Shown one piece after another: positions 1 to 9,961 of a stretch of DNA of 32,000 nt. The notes under the pieces were generated by a model that ran no database searches, was not told where the DNA came from, and saw nothing but the letters and a program-made list of their open reading frames with translations. The stretch is taken from NCBI RefSeq assembly GCF_000012285.1, contig NC_007181.1, positions 1,950,001 through 1,982,000 on the forward strand, given 5' to 3'. The translations under genes and the position numbers were made by a program. How positions within the stretch are numbered: position 1 is the stretch's first letter; the number at the start of each line of letters is the position of its first letter. The DNA comes from Sulfolobus acidocaldarius DSM 639 (GTDB taxonomy: Archaea; Thermoproteota; Thermoprotei_A; Sulfolobales; Sulfolobaceae).

Positions 1-75
1 TTATTTCTATATTAATGCATTATAATCAAACTAATAAAAATTTTTATATAAACAAATTATATTAGTAAAAAATAG

Positions 76-1167
76 GTGGTACATTTGATTGTGATTGAGT
101 ATAAAAGTGGTAGAAGGGAGGAAATTCCCGTAATAGACTACCACGCACATATTTGGAAAGCTGGCGAAAGTAATTGGTTAAGACCAGAGCTAGCAAAGGG
201 GTGGATAAGTTGTTTTTATGATTATCAGACCGCCTTAACCCCAGATGAATATAAGATGGACTTCGAGACCTTCAAGTACTATGGTCATGAGAAGTTCATT
301 GAAGACGTAATGATAAATGGATATGTTGACGTGGCAATAACTCAACCTCAGTATCTACTCTACTTTTATAAAAAACCTTTCGGGAACACAGAGGAATTTG
401 GTAAATTAGCAGTAGAGAATCCATATCGTTTTGTTATAGGCACCAGATTTGACCCAAGGGATGGGGAAGAAGGAAAGAGACAATTGGAGGAAGACGTTAG
501 GAAGTACAGGGTCAAACCATGGCAAATGAGACATGTTAAGTTGTATACAGCTGAGTGGAAAGAGGTTGACGGAAAGTTATCAAGGGGATGGAGGTTAGAC
601 TCAAAGGAGGCTTATGAATTCCTTGAGTTCAGTAAATCATTAGGTATAAACATCTTTGTTGCCCATAAGGGTCCCACAGTTTGGCCCTTAGATAAAGACT
701 CATTTGACGTAAAGGACGTAGACGCGGTAGCCTCATCGTTCCCCGAACTTAAGTTTGTTGTAACCCATGTTGGACTACCTAGACTAGATGACTTTTGCTG
801 GATAGCAACACAAGAGAAGAACGTATATGGAGGATTAGCAGTAGCCTCAGCTTTCATAAGGAAAAGACCCAAATATTTCGCTAGTATTATTGGGGAGTTG
901 CTGTTCTGGTTGGGAGAAGACAGGGTTTTATGGGGTAGTGACTATGCTATTTGGAACCCTAAATGGCTAATAGAGGACTTCATGAAATTTGAATTACCAG
1001 AGGAGATCAAGAGGGAGTATGGCGTCGAGTTAACATTAGACACTAAGAAGAAGCTACTATACCAGAATGCCTCAAAACTATGGGATATACCACTAGAGGA
1101 AGTAATGAGAAGGGAAGATGACATAACGAGGAGGAGGAACTTACTTCATGTAAAGATGGAGGGGTAA
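76..1167 (+). CDS. Amidohydrolase-2 family metal-dependent TIM-barrel hydrolase (lactonase/decarboxylase-type)
   Basis: 363-aa ORF. N-terminal 'VIDYHAHIW' is an HxH metal motif; the later 'VTHVGLP' His and 'WGSDY' Asp are typical of amidohydrolase_2. A TATA-like 'tttttatataa' lies at ~40-50. The exact start is uncertain (GTG 76, TTG 85 or GTG 91, all in frame). Confidence 0.8.
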   Translation: MVHLIVIEYKSGRREEIPVIDYHAHIWKAGESNWLRPELAKGWISCFYDYQTALTPDEYKMDFETFKYYGHEKFIEDVMINGYVDVAITQPQYLLYFYKKPFGNTEEFGKLAVENPYRFVIGTRFDPRDGEEGKRQLEEDVRKYRVKPWQMRHVKLYTAEWKEVDGKLSRGWRLDSKEAYEFLEFSKSLGINIFVAHKGPTVWPLDKDSFDVKDVDAVASSFPELKFVVTHVGLPRLDDFCWIATQEKNVYGGLAVASAFIRKRPKYFASIIGELLFWLGEDRVLWGSDYAIWNPKWLIEDFMKFELPEEIKREYGVELTLDTKKKLLYQNASKLWDIPLEEVMRREDDITRRRNLLHVKMEG

Positions 1168-1224
1168 GATACGGACGTAGAGAAAATACTAGATAGTGTA
1201 TTTGATCCAGAGACTAATTACTCC

Positions 1225-1599
1225 ATGTATAAGATGAGATTCCTAAAGGGATATTATGAGGACGATAAAGGAAACTTACACCTGATAATCTCTCCTCCCA
1301 CCTTTTGGTGCCCTCCTCTTTTCCTCTACATTATGCTAGAGGAGATTAGAAATAGACTGCCTGATGCTATCATTGAGGTTAAGGACCATCATGACTCTAA
1401 GAAACTCTCAGAATGTATTAACAACGGTCTCAAGTTTCATGAGTGTTACAGTAACGAATCATTGAATGGTGATGAATACGAGAAAGTTAAGAGGACATTT
1501 GAGGAGAAGAGGAGTAATAAATACGGTAAGTTGGTACAACTTTCTTTAAATATAAATGGAGAATTATGTAAACTAATAGCTGAGGCGAAGGAAAGATGA
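1225..1599 (+). CDS. DUF59/MIP18-like small protein (Fe-S-assembly/PaaD-like fold); the domain signal starts upstream of the first ATG
   Basis: 124-aa ORF from the first ATG. 'DDKGNLHLIISPPTFWCPPLFLYIMLEEIRNRL' fits the DUF59 core (..v.v.mtlT...CP....i...i...l). In-frame codons 1168-1224 encode 'DTDVEKILDSVFDPETNYS', which fits the DUF59 N-terminal 'V..L..V.DPE' segment but contains no ATG/GTG/TTG. The 3' end overlaps the next gene (ATGA at 1596-1599). Confidence 0.6.
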   Translation: MYKMRFLKGYYEDDKGNLHLIISPPTFWCPPLFLYIMLEEIRNRLPDAIIEVKDHHDSKKLSECINNGLKFHECYSNESLNGDEYEKVKRTFEEKRSNKYGKLVQLSLNINGELCKLIAEAKER

Positions 1600-2621
1600 A
1601 AGCTGTGAGAATTCATGAGTATAACAAGCCATTAAAGTTAGATGATGTACCTGAACCCAAGATATCATCCCCTTATGATATTATAGTAAAGATTAAGGGA
1701 GCAGGAGTTTGCAGAACTGACCTACACATTCAAGAGGGAGTTTGGAAGGACATATTCAATCCAAAACTTCCTTTTACCATAGGTCATGAGAACGTGGGAG
1801 TTGTGGAGACTAAAGGAGATAATGTAGACTGGTTGAACGTTGGAGACCAGGTAATCCTACATCCATATATAACATGCAGGAGATGTAAAGCTTGCAGGTC
1901 TGGGAATGACATGCATTGCCCCAATGGAAAATTTCCTGGTCTAGACGGTACTGACGGTGGATATGCCGAATATTTGAGGACATCAGCCTACTCAGCAATT
2001 GTAGTACCTAAGGGTGTTGACCTAATATCAATGGCTCCACTTGCAGACGCAGGCTTGACAGCTTACCACGCAGTCAAGAAGGTGTCTAAGGAACTTACCC
2101 CAGGCACATTTTTAGTAATAATTGGCGTAGGTGGTCTGGGGCACATAGGAATTCAAGTTGCTAAAGCGATCACGTCAGCCAGAATTATAGCAGTAGATCT
2201 GGATGAGGATAAGCTCAAGATGGCTAAGGAGTTAGGAGCAGACTACATAGTTAATGGCAAGGAAGCTATTCATGAGGTAAGAAAGATCACCGATAACGTG
2301 GGAGCCGATGTGGTCATTGACTTTGTTGGAGAGCATAATACGCCCAAAGACGCTGTGTCAATGATTAAGAAGGGAGGTACTTATTCAATAGTGGGATATG
2401 GTGGTGAATTCAGAGATCCAACTGTAGACTTCATTAGTAGGGAAATAAGTGTGTTAGGGAATTTAGTGGGAACCTATAACGAGTTAAGTGAATTGGTCCA
2501 ATTATACGTGGAAGGTAAAGTGAAAGTAAGAGTTAAAACTTTCTCCCTGGACGAAGCAAATAAAGCCTTGGAGGAGTTAAGTAAAGGTTTAATTCCAGGG
2601 AGAGGAGTCCTTAAGCCATAA
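1596..2621 (+). CDS. Zn-dependent alcohol dehydrogenase (MDR family)
   Basis: 341 aa. Catalytic Zn motifs 'GAGVCRTDLH' and 'GHENVGVV'; structural Zn 'CRRCKACRSGNDMHC'; Rossmann 'IIGVGGLGH'. The ATGA overlap implies translational coupling with the upstream ORF. Confidence 0.9.
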   Translation: MKAVRIHEYNKPLKLDDVPEPKISSPYDIIVKIKGAGVCRTDLHIQEGVWKDIFNPKLPFTIGHENVGVVETKGDNVDWLNVGDQVILHPYITCRRCKACRSGNDMHCPNGKFPGLDGTDGGYAEYLRTSAYSAIVVPKGVDLISMAPLADAGLTAYHAVKKVSKELTPGTFLVIIGVGGLGHIGIQVAKAITSARIIAVDLDEDKLKMAKELGADYIVNGKEAIHEVRKITDNVGADVVIDFVGEHNTPKDAVSMIKKGGTYSIVGYGGEFRDPTVDFISREISVLGNLVGTYNELSELVQLYVEGKVKVRVKTFSLDEANKALEELSKGLIPGRGVLKP

Positions 2622-2631
2622 TAGTTTTTTA
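2622..2631 (+). terminator. T-tract archaeal terminator candidate
   Basis: 'tagtttttta' immediately follows the TAA stop at 2619-2621, with a T6 run at 2625-2630. Oligo-T tracts are the known archaeal termination signal. Confidence 0.4.
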
Positions 2632-2838
2632 CCTCTTCAACTGTAGTCGGTTATAATATGAAAATCTTGTGTGTATATTTTCAAATGACTAGCGTAAAAA
2701 GAGGAGAAGGCAACATATTCCCTTTTTCCCAAACGCTCTAGACTTTCACAGTTAATATGCGAGCTGAGACCTGAAAATATCACGCCCCAGACCTCTTATA
2801 CATAAGATATAAAAGTTTGGTATCAATCAAATTCTGAG

Positions 2839-4077
2839 ATGTCTAAAGAGGACAGACTTACAGCGACCCACATAAAACTGATCATATTTAACGTTATAAG
2901 TTACACATTTCTGGTATACAACGCAAGCAGTGTTATAGCATACACTTCCCAAAATCTCGCCCAAGAGATCTTTCATGGTCTCTATCCGTTTTCAGTCATA
3001 GGAATTTATACAAGCTTAGTCCTATCTTATGGCTTCAGAATTGCAGGAGCCAGTCTATTAGGACCGCTATCAGATAAGCTAGGAAGAAGAGTTGCAACAA
3101 TCATAGGAGGAATTGGCTCCTCTACTGCAACAGCTCTAATTGGGTTTCTTCCTCCTTATACTTCCATAGGAATATTTTCAATCATTTTGTACTTCCTACT
3201 GGTCTCAATTCAAGGTTTATTCACAGGACCATTAAGTGCAGGAGTCCAGGTCATAGGTGTGGAAAACTTACCTGAGAGGCACAGAGGTTGGTTTAGTGGT
3301 ATAGGAATTGCAGTTAGCGGTACTGCATATCTGGTCGCCGTAGGTCTCTCACTCATATCAGGGAGTAATTGGAGGTTTCTATTCTGGGGGTCCTTAATCA
3401 TTGTCCCCATATCCCTTTTAGCTCCAGAGTCGTCTAGGTTCAGGAAATTAAAGGAAAAAGTGAAAAGCCCTAGGAAGATTATCCTGGAGAAATACGGTAA
3501 TTATCTGAAGTTTGCGTTTCTACTAAGTCTTCTGTGGGCTAGTGTCAACTTTGTGATAGGCATAATACTCCCTACATTCTTGTCCTTCGTCAATAACTTT
3601 ACAGAGAGTGAAATTAGAGAGGTCATACTAGTATATTCATTGGTTAGTATAGTATCTGCCTTTGTTGGAGGAGAACTAAGTGAAGTCTTTGGTAGAAAAA
3701 GACTATCGCTAGTAGGAGGAATCCTTGGAATCTTGGTTAGTCCGATCTACTTCATCATAGCCTCGTTAAATAGTTTGTATTATGTTATTTTATATATTAG
3801 TTTGTTAACATTTTTGGGATTTTTAGGGGCGGGAGGTATACTTGCACTTGTTAACGAGAGTTTTCCTACCAACGTAAGAGGGACAGGAGTATCCATGAGT
3901 TGGAATATGGGTTTCTTTGGTGCTACGCTAGTAGCGTTAACTGTTGTATCACCGTCTTCCTATTTTAATGTTTTACCGTCAGGAGAATTTCTCGCACTTC
4001 TAATTTTGGGCTCATCCATAATTGCGGTCAGTTTATTTGCAATGGAGACAAGGGGGATGATAGATAAGGAAAAATAA
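2839..4077 (+). CDS. MFS transporter
   Basis: 412 aa and highly hydrophobic with about 12 predicted TM stretches. MFS motif-A-like 'GPLSDKLGRRVA' and second-half 'GGELSEVFGRKR'. TATA-like 'gatataaaag' at ~2805-2814. Confidence 0.85.
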   Translation: MSKEDRLTATHIKLIIFNVISYTFLVYNASSVIAYTSQNLAQEIFHGLYPFSVIGIYTSLVLSYGFRIAGASLLGPLSDKLGRRVATIIGGIGSSTATALIGFLPPYTSIGIFSIILYFLLVSIQGLFTGPLSAGVQVIGVENLPERHRGWFSGIGIAVSGTAYLVAVGLSLISGSNWRFLFWGSLIIVPISLLAPESSRFRKLKEKVKSPRKIILEKYGNYLKFAFLLSLLWASVNFVIGIILPTFLSFVNNFTESEIREVILVYSLVSIVSAFVGGELSEVFGRKRLSLVGGILGILVSPIYFIIASLNSLYYVILYISLLTFLGFLGAGGILALVNESFPTNVRGTGVSMSWNMGFFGATLVALTVVSPSSYFNVLPSGEFLALLILGSSIIAVSLFAMETRGMIDKEK

Positions 4078-4361
4078 AAAATATTATAGTGACCTGATGG
4101 AGGAAAAAATACGAGTTTTAGGGACTAAGTCTCTATCGAGGAACTCTTTCAACGAGCAGAGTGCTTTCTACAACTAATGTAAAAAGAAAGACTGTGCAGG
4201 TCATAGTCCTATCTTTAAATATTCTGATCATAATAAATCACTGTGTCTTTTGTGTTAGCCTAATTTGAGATAAGTGTATTTACTATTCCCATCAAGCCTC
4301 GATTTGGAGAGGGATATAAAGTCTTTATATGACCTTTAAGCTCTAATTATCTTGTGGGTTT

Positions 4362-5219
4362 ATGTCAAAGGAAATTAGTGTTGAGGGAATTCTTGTTGGC
4401 GGTTATACCGATGAAAGAGCTAAATCAGGTTTAACTGTCATAGTCACTGAAGGGGATAACGTAGCTGGCATCTCACAAAGAGGGGGCTCACCAGCTACTT
4501 TAAACACAGATCTTTTGAGACCAGGTCATAGACAAGATCAATCAGTTAATGCCATTGTCCTGACTGGAAGGAGTGTATTTGGATTTAGGGCTGTACAAGG
4601 TGTTGTTCAAGAGTTGTTCAATAAAAAAGTTGGGTTTAAGATAGCAAATCTACGAATTCCCATAGTGTCAGCAGCTGCAATATATGACCTATATGAAAAT
4701 TCTATCCTTCCAACAGAGGAGTGGGGATTCAAGGCTCTCGAATCACTATCAACTGAGATTCCCATAGGAAGATATTGGGCAGGAAAGGGAGGTACGGTAG
4801 GTAAGGTAGGAGGTCTAAAATATGCCAAACCTGGAGGTCAGGGTTACTACGAGCTGAGAAAAGGGAATGTTAAAGTTGGAGTTATTGTTGTACTCAATAG
4901 TGTCGGCAATATATATGACGAGAGTGGAAAATTGATCGCAGGAAATGAATTCACATCTGTAGACGAAAATACTTTGGGGACAACTTTAGGAGTGGTAATT
5001 ACAAATGCTAAACTATCGAACTCTGACGCCTGTAGATTAGCTAGTATAGTCGAGAATGGCTTCTCTTCGGTTATAAGACCATATAACCTCTCCTTGGATG
5101 GTGATACTGTTTTCGCCATAGCTACAAACAGAGTCGAAGTTAAATTCGATGAGCTGAACGCAATGGCTTATGAAGCAGCTAGGAAGGCTGTAGTATCTGT
5201 ATACTCAGAGGGACAATGA
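4362..5219 (+). CDS. Peptidase S58 (DmpA/BapA-like) Ntn-hydrolase aminopeptidase
   Basis: 285 aa. 'SGLTVIV..' N-terminus. 'NTLG|TTLGVVITNAKLS' resembles the DmpA self-cleavage/nucleophile segment (G|S-IIVVIATDAPL in my recollection); here the putative nucleophile is Thr207 (codon 4980-4982). TATA-like 'ctttatat' at ~4323-4330. Confidence 0.75.
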   Translation: MSKEISVEGILVGGYTDERAKSGLTVIVTEGDNVAGISQRGGSPATLNTDLLRPGHRQDQSVNAIVLTGRSVFGFRAVQGVVQELFNKKVGFKIANLRIPIVSAAAIYDLYENSILPTEEWGFKALESLSTEIPIGRYWAGKGGTVGKVGGLKYAKPGGQGYYELRKGNVKVGVIVVLNSVGNIYDESGKLIAGNEFTSVDENTLGTTLGVVITNAKLSNSDACRLASIVENGFSSVIRPYNLSLDGDTVFAIATNRVEVKFDELNAMAYEAARKAVVSVYSEGQ

Positions 5220-5291
5220 GCGATACAGAACCATGTAAAACGTAACTGTGCTATTAGAAAGTTAAATACCCATTTTACCTAAAATGTATAC

Positions 5292-6584
5292 ATGCCTTTT
5301 TATGGCTTAACTAAGGAACAGTGGTTATCCGTACTGGGGGCGTGGGCAGGATGGCTTATGGATGGTTACACTAGCATAGCTTACGCATTGGCTGCTGTAA
5401 CCCTATCTCACCTTTTCTTTCCTGTATCAAACCAAGTAATAAGCCTCATAGCCACGTTTGGAGGTTTAGCCACTGGTGCAATTGCAAGACCCATTGGCTC
5501 CCTAATATTTGGTAATTTCATCGGGGATAAACTAGGAAGAAGAAGTATGCTTACTGTTACCATATTAGGCTTCTCCATATTCGGAGCCTCTAAGGGGTTA
5601 CTTCCTACTTACTCTCAAGTTGGTATTTTGGCTCCCATCCTAATCTACTTAGTCCTTTTTCTCGAGGGAATGTTCGCAGGAGCGGAATATGGGGGAGGTA
5701 CGTCTCTAGCTCTAGAAAATGTTCCAATTGATAAAAGAGCTTTTATCGGTGCATTTATTCAGAGCGGATTTGGAACTGGATACTTCATAATCAGTCTTGT
5801 TTACTCTGGTATTTACAACCTGTTCTTGAACGATTTTCAAACGATAGGCTGGAGGATATTCTTCCTAACATGCCTTGTACCTGGTGTTCTGACTCTTGTG
5901 ATTAGATTAATATCAAAAGAGACTCCAGTCTTTGAGGAAATGAGAAAGAGGGAGGAAATACTGAAGGTTCCTATAAAGACTCTGTTTAAGGACTCATATA
6001 TTCAAATACTGATTGGTCTACTGATAACCAGCGGATTGCTTTACATTAATAATGCCACCTTCAACATATATCCAACAGTCATGACTCTCAATGATATTCA
6101 AGGAGGACTGGTAGGTATTGGAGTTGCTATAATAAACCTTGTCTCGCTTTTCGGTGTTTGGACTGGAGGACTTTTGGCTAACTTGATCTCTGGCAGAAAG
6201 AGACCAATGTTAATTTACGCTATATTGTTCACAGTGTCTATTTATCCAATTTTATACTTTGGTATTACTAACAACTTTACAACTGCAACTACGGTGTTTA
6301 GTATACAGGCTTTTCTAGAGGCAATGATATTCTCCACTCTACCCTCCTTCCTCAGTGAACAGTTCAGCAAAAAATATAGGACAACTGGTGTTGGTTTCAC
6401 TTACAATGGAGGTGCTATAGTTGGAGGGTTTTCCATTAGTATAATATTCGCAATTTCTACCTACATAGGACTCCTCAACTCATGGTTCATTAACTTGACC
6501 ATTGCATCAATAGCTATGATCATAGGTATTTTGATATCCAAAGAGACATATTATATTGGCAAGGAGGATCCAATAAGGAAGTAA
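5292..6584 (+). CDS. MFS transporter (metabolite:H+ symporter-like)
   Basis: 430 aa with about 12 TM stretches. 'GNFIGDKLGRRSML' is motif A. TATA-like 'aagttaaatac' at ~5258-5268. Confidence 0.85.
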   Translation: MPFYGLTKEQWLSVLGAWAGWLMDGYTSIAYALAAVTLSHLFFPVSNQVISLIATFGGLATGAIARPIGSLIFGNFIGDKLGRRSMLTVTILGFSIFGASKGLLPTYSQVGILAPILIYLVLFLEGMFAGAEYGGGTSLALENVPIDKRAFIGAFIQSGFGTGYFIISLVYSGIYNLFLNDFQTIGWRIFFLTCLVPGVLTLVIRLISKETPVFEEMRKREEILKVPIKTLFKDSYIQILIGLLITSGLLYINNATFNIYPTVMTLNDIQGGLVGIGVAIINLVSLFGVWTGGLLANLISGRKRPMLIYAILFTVSIYPILYFGITNNFTTATTVFSIQAFLEAMIFSTLPSFLSEQFSKKYRTTGVGFTYNGGAIVGGFSISIIFAISTYIGLLNSWFINLTIASIAMIIGILISKETYYIGKEDPIRK

Positions 6585-6706
6585 TGTATATCCCAAATGA
6601 CTTAACAGTAGGATAAGAGCAAATGCACAACTAGGAGATGTTTGCTTCACTCAATAGTCTTAGTGTAAATATATTTTGGCTAACATAAATTATAAATTGA
6701 ACAAAA

Positions 6707-7501
6707 ATGGACATTGATAGGCTCTTTTCAGTAAAAGGCATGAATGCTGTTGTTTTAGGAGCATCCAGTGGTATAGGAAAAGCCATAGCTGAGATGTTCT
6801 CAGAAATGGGAGGTAAAGTCGTACTGAGCGATATTGATGAAGAAGGGTTAAAGAGGCTCTCTGACTCCCTGAGGTCGAGAGGTCATGAAGTAAACCACAT
6901 GAAATGTGACATAACTGACCTCAATCAGGTAAAGAAATTAGTGAATTTCTCTTTGTCCGTTTACGGAAATGTAGATGCTCTGTATGTCACACCTTCAATT
7001 AATGTTAGAAAATCTATTGAGAATTACACTTATGAGGACTTTGAAAAGGTTATAAACGTTAACCTCAAGGGAAATTTCATGGTTGTAAAGGAATTTCTCT
7101 CCGTTATGAAAAATAATAAGGGAGGGGGTAGTGTGGTTCTATTCTCGTCCATTAGGGGAACCGTTGTTGAGCCTGGACAGAGTGTTTATGCCATGACCAA
7201 GGCAGGAATAATACAGTTAGCTAAAGTTGCAGCAGCTGAATACGGTAAGTACAACATTAGAGTAAATGTGATAGCTCCAGGTGTCGTAGATACACCACTG
7301 ACCAGACAAATAAAGAGTGATCCAGAGTGGTTTAAGGCATATACCGAAAAGACCATATTGAAGAGATGGGCAACACCAGAAGAAATTGCTAATGTTGCAC
7401 TTTTCCTAGCCATGCCTGCCTCCTCATACATTACAGGAACCGTAATATACGTGGATGGGGGATGGACTGCGATAGATGGTAGATATGACCCAAAGGTGTA
7501 G
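6707..7501 (+). CDS. Short-chain dehydrogenase/reductase (SDR)
   Basis: 264 aa. Cofactor motif 'VLGASSGIGKA', catalytic 'YAMTKAG' (YxxxK) and 'NVIAPGVVDTPL'. Confidence 0.9.
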   Translation: MDIDRLFSVKGMNAVVLGASSGIGKAIAEMFSEMGGKVVLSDIDEEGLKRLSDSLRSRGHEVNHMKCDITDLNQVKKLVNFSLSVYGNVDALYVTPSINVRKSIENYTYEDFEKVINVNLKGNFMVVKEFLSVMKNNKGGGSVVLFSSIRGTVVEPGQSVYAMTKAGIIQLAKVAAAEYGKYNIRVNVIAPGVVDTPLTRQIKSDPEWFKAYTEKTILKRWATPEEIANVALFLAMPASSYITGTVIYVDGGWTAIDGRYDPKV

Positions 7502-7516
7502 TTAGGGGTGTAGGTA

Positions 7517-8758
7517 ATGGACTTGTTAGAGGATAAATTTGAGGAGATCAAGGAAGAGGCTTTAGATCGTTTAAAGGAGATTATTAAGATACCGACTGAG
7601 AACCCTCCGGGTTTAAACTACCAAAAGATTGTGGATAAGCTTGATGAGATCTTAAGAGATTTAGGCTATAAGACAGAGATCTTCAACCCATCTGAAGAGG
7701 AACTAAAGAGACTGGTTAGGTTTGGAGAAGGTGATCGACCAAACCTAGTCGGCTACATAGGTAATGGAGGGACTAAAATTGCGTTCAACGGTCATTATGA
7801 CGTAGTTCCCGCAGGATCTGGTTGGAATGTAAGTCCTTATTCAGCTGTTGTAAAGGATGGTAAATTATATGGTAGAGGCTCAGCCGACATGAAGTCAGGG
7901 ATCATTGCAGGGATATATGGCGTTGAGTTGTTAAAAAGGGCGAAATCATTTCCTTCCAATTTACAGGTAATACAGACATTTGTTCCAGATGAGGAGACTG
8001 TCGGAAACGTAAATGCTGGAGCCCATTACCTCGTAGAAAAAGGTGTTTTAAAGAGAGGTAAAGTGGACTACGTCATATTTACAGAGCCTACAGGTTCTGA
8101 CAATATATGTTACGGTCACAGGGGAGCTATATGGGCAATTGTGAAAATATATGGAAAGAAAAGCCATGGGGGGCTTCCTCAGCTAGGAGTAGACGCTGTG
8201 AAAGTATCCATGAAAATAATACAAGAGTTATACAATTCCGTACCAGAGATAGTCTCTAAATACAATATCATACCTGAGGTCTCCAAGAGACCTTCAGTCT
8301 TGGTTGGAACTGTTAGATGTGGGAGTTGGATGAATACAGTAGCTGATTATTGTGAATTAAGTATAGTCAGGAGACTAATCCCAGAGGAAAACCTAGATGA
8401 AGTAAGAAGTAAAATTATTAACGTCATAGAAAAGGTTACAATGGACTTTAAGGCTAAATACGACTATGACGAGTTTTATTCAGTGGAGACAATCACATCA
8501 GATGTTAAAAATGAAATATATGAAGTAATGAGGAGGAAAATCAGAGAGGTCAGGCAAAGGGAACCAGGGCTGGTACTATCCCCTGGAACTTTTGATATGA
8601 GATTCACAGTTAAGGAGGGGATTCCATCAATAAACTATGGACCAGGGAGAATAGAACAGGCTCATGCCACGGATGAATATGTGGAAATAAAAGACTTCTT
8701 CGATAGCATCAAAGTGTTAAGCTTGACGCTATTAGAACTAAGTAAGACCATCAAGTAA
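7517..8758 (+). CDS. M20A metallopeptidase/deacylase (ArgE/DapE/dipeptidase-like)
   Basis: 413 aa. 'FNGHYDVVPAG', 'GRGSADMKSG', 'VPDEETVG', 'FTEPT'. It starts 15 nt after the SDR stop with a 'ggtgtaggt' SD-like element, so it is probably co-transcribed with the SDR. Confidence 0.85.
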   Translation: MDLLEDKFEEIKEEALDRLKEIIKIPTENPPGLNYQKIVDKLDEILRDLGYKTEIFNPSEEELKRLVRFGEGDRPNLVGYIGNGGTKIAFNGHYDVVPAGSGWNVSPYSAVVKDGKLYGRGSADMKSGIIAGIYGVELLKRAKSFPSNLQVIQTFVPDEETVGNVNAGAHYLVEKGVLKRGKVDYVIFTEPTGSDNICYGHRGAIWAIVKIYGKKSHGGLPQLGVDAVKVSMKIIQELYNSVPEIVSKYNIIPEVSKRPSVLVGTVRCGSWMNTVADYCELSIVRRLIPEENLDEVRSKIINVIEKVTMDFKAKYDYDEFYSVETITSDVKNEIYEVMRRKIREVRQREPGLVLSPGTFDMRFTVKEGIPSINYGPGRIEQAHATDEYVEIKDFFDSIKVLSLTLLELSKTIK

Positions 8759-9961
8759 TTCTACAGTCTTCGCAAGTACTCTTAAACCGTTGACCATGTC
8801 CCTATCAGACGAATATTCCTCTTTGGAATGGCTTATACCAAGATGAGATGGTATGAATATCATTCCCACCCTTGAAACCCTTGTCATGTATTGAGCATCA
8901 TGACCAGCCCAACTGTATAAGAACTTGTACTTTAACCCAAGTTGATTACAAGCCTTCTCAATAACGCTGACAACTTCCTTATCAAATTTTACCTGCTCAG
9001 CAGTCCACAAGTGTTTCTCCTCCACCTCTAGCTTCTCTTGATCTGCTATCTCTTCAGCTAGCCTCTTAGCCTCTCTTAGCGCTCTTTCTCTATCCTCCTT
9101 TTCTATACTTCTCAGGTCAAGAGTCAATGTCACTTCACCAGGTATGGCGTTATAAATATTGGGTTTCAGGTTCACTATACCTACAGTTGCTCTTAGATCA
9201 CTGGTACGTCTGGCATAATCCCTTATATTGGTGATAAATTTTGAAGCACCTACTAGTGCGTCTCTTCTCCGATCCATTGGTGTCGGTCCCGCCTGACTAG
9301 ATTGACCTTTAAACTTGAATTCACACACAGTTAACCCCACTATTCCTAAGGGAATCCCTATCTGGTATCCTTCCTCCTCTAGTACTGGTCCTTGTTCAAT
9401 GTGTAACTCAAGGTAAAATTTCGGCTTATCGTGAATTATTCTGTTACTCTCATTACCTAAAAAACCCGATCTCTCTAGGGCTTTTTCAAACGTAATACCG
9501 TCTTTATCAACTATAGAGTATACGTACTCCCTGTTGAAGACCCCTGTTGTGAGACCTGAGCCCATAAGTGAGGGTTTGAACCTTGATCCCTCCTCATTTG
9601 TGAAATCAATAAGCGAAATGGTGTGATTAGTGCGAACTCCATGTTCTCGTAATCCTCTTAATATTTCTAAACCTGCCATTACTCCATAAAACCCATCATA
9701 TTTTCCTCCGTAGGGGACAGAGTCCATATGTGAGCCTATCGCTATCTTGTCCTCTTTTTCACCTGCTATATTTGCTATTATATTTCCTGCGTCATCAACT
9801 TTAATTTCAGCCCCTAAAGAGGAAAGAATTTTGGTAAGTTCAATCCTTACTTGTATGTCATATTCATTCAGAGCTACCCTCATGGCTCCCTCTTCAGTCC
9901 ATCCAATGTTACTCAGTTTATGGAATGTTTCCACGAAACGATTCTCGTCTATAAAGCTCAT
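8738..9961 (-). CDS. M20 N-carbamoyl-amino-acid amidohydrolase / allantoate amidohydrolase / beta-ureidopropionase family (AmaB-type)
   Basis: 407 aa. 'IGSHMDSVPYGGKYDGFYGVMAGLEILR', 'NEEGSRF' and 'ELHIEQGPVLE' are hallmark segments of the carbamoylase/hydantoinase-utilisation M20 subfamily. TATA-like 'ttaaataa' lies ~-31..-24 from the ATG. Confidence 0.85.
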   Translation of the reverse strand: MSFIDENRFVETFHKLSNIGWTEEGAMRVALNEYDIQVRIELTKILSSLGAEIKVDDAGNIIANIAGEKEDKIAIGSHMDSVPYGGKYDGFYGVMAGLEILRGLREHGVRTNHTISLIDFTNEEGSRFKPSLMGSGLTTGVFNREYVYSIVDKDGITFEKALERSGFLGNESNRIIHDKPKFYLELHIEQGPVLEEEGYQIGIPLGIVGLTVCEFKFKGQSSQAGPTPMDRRRDALVGASKFITNIRDYARRTSDLRATVGIVNLKPNIYNAIPGEVTLTLDLRSIEKEDRERALREAKRLAEEIADQEKLEVEEKHLWTAEQVKFDKEVVSVIEKACNQLGLKYKFLYSWAGHDAQYMTRVSRVGMIFIPSHLGISHSKEEYSSDRDMVNGLRVLAKTVELLDGLT

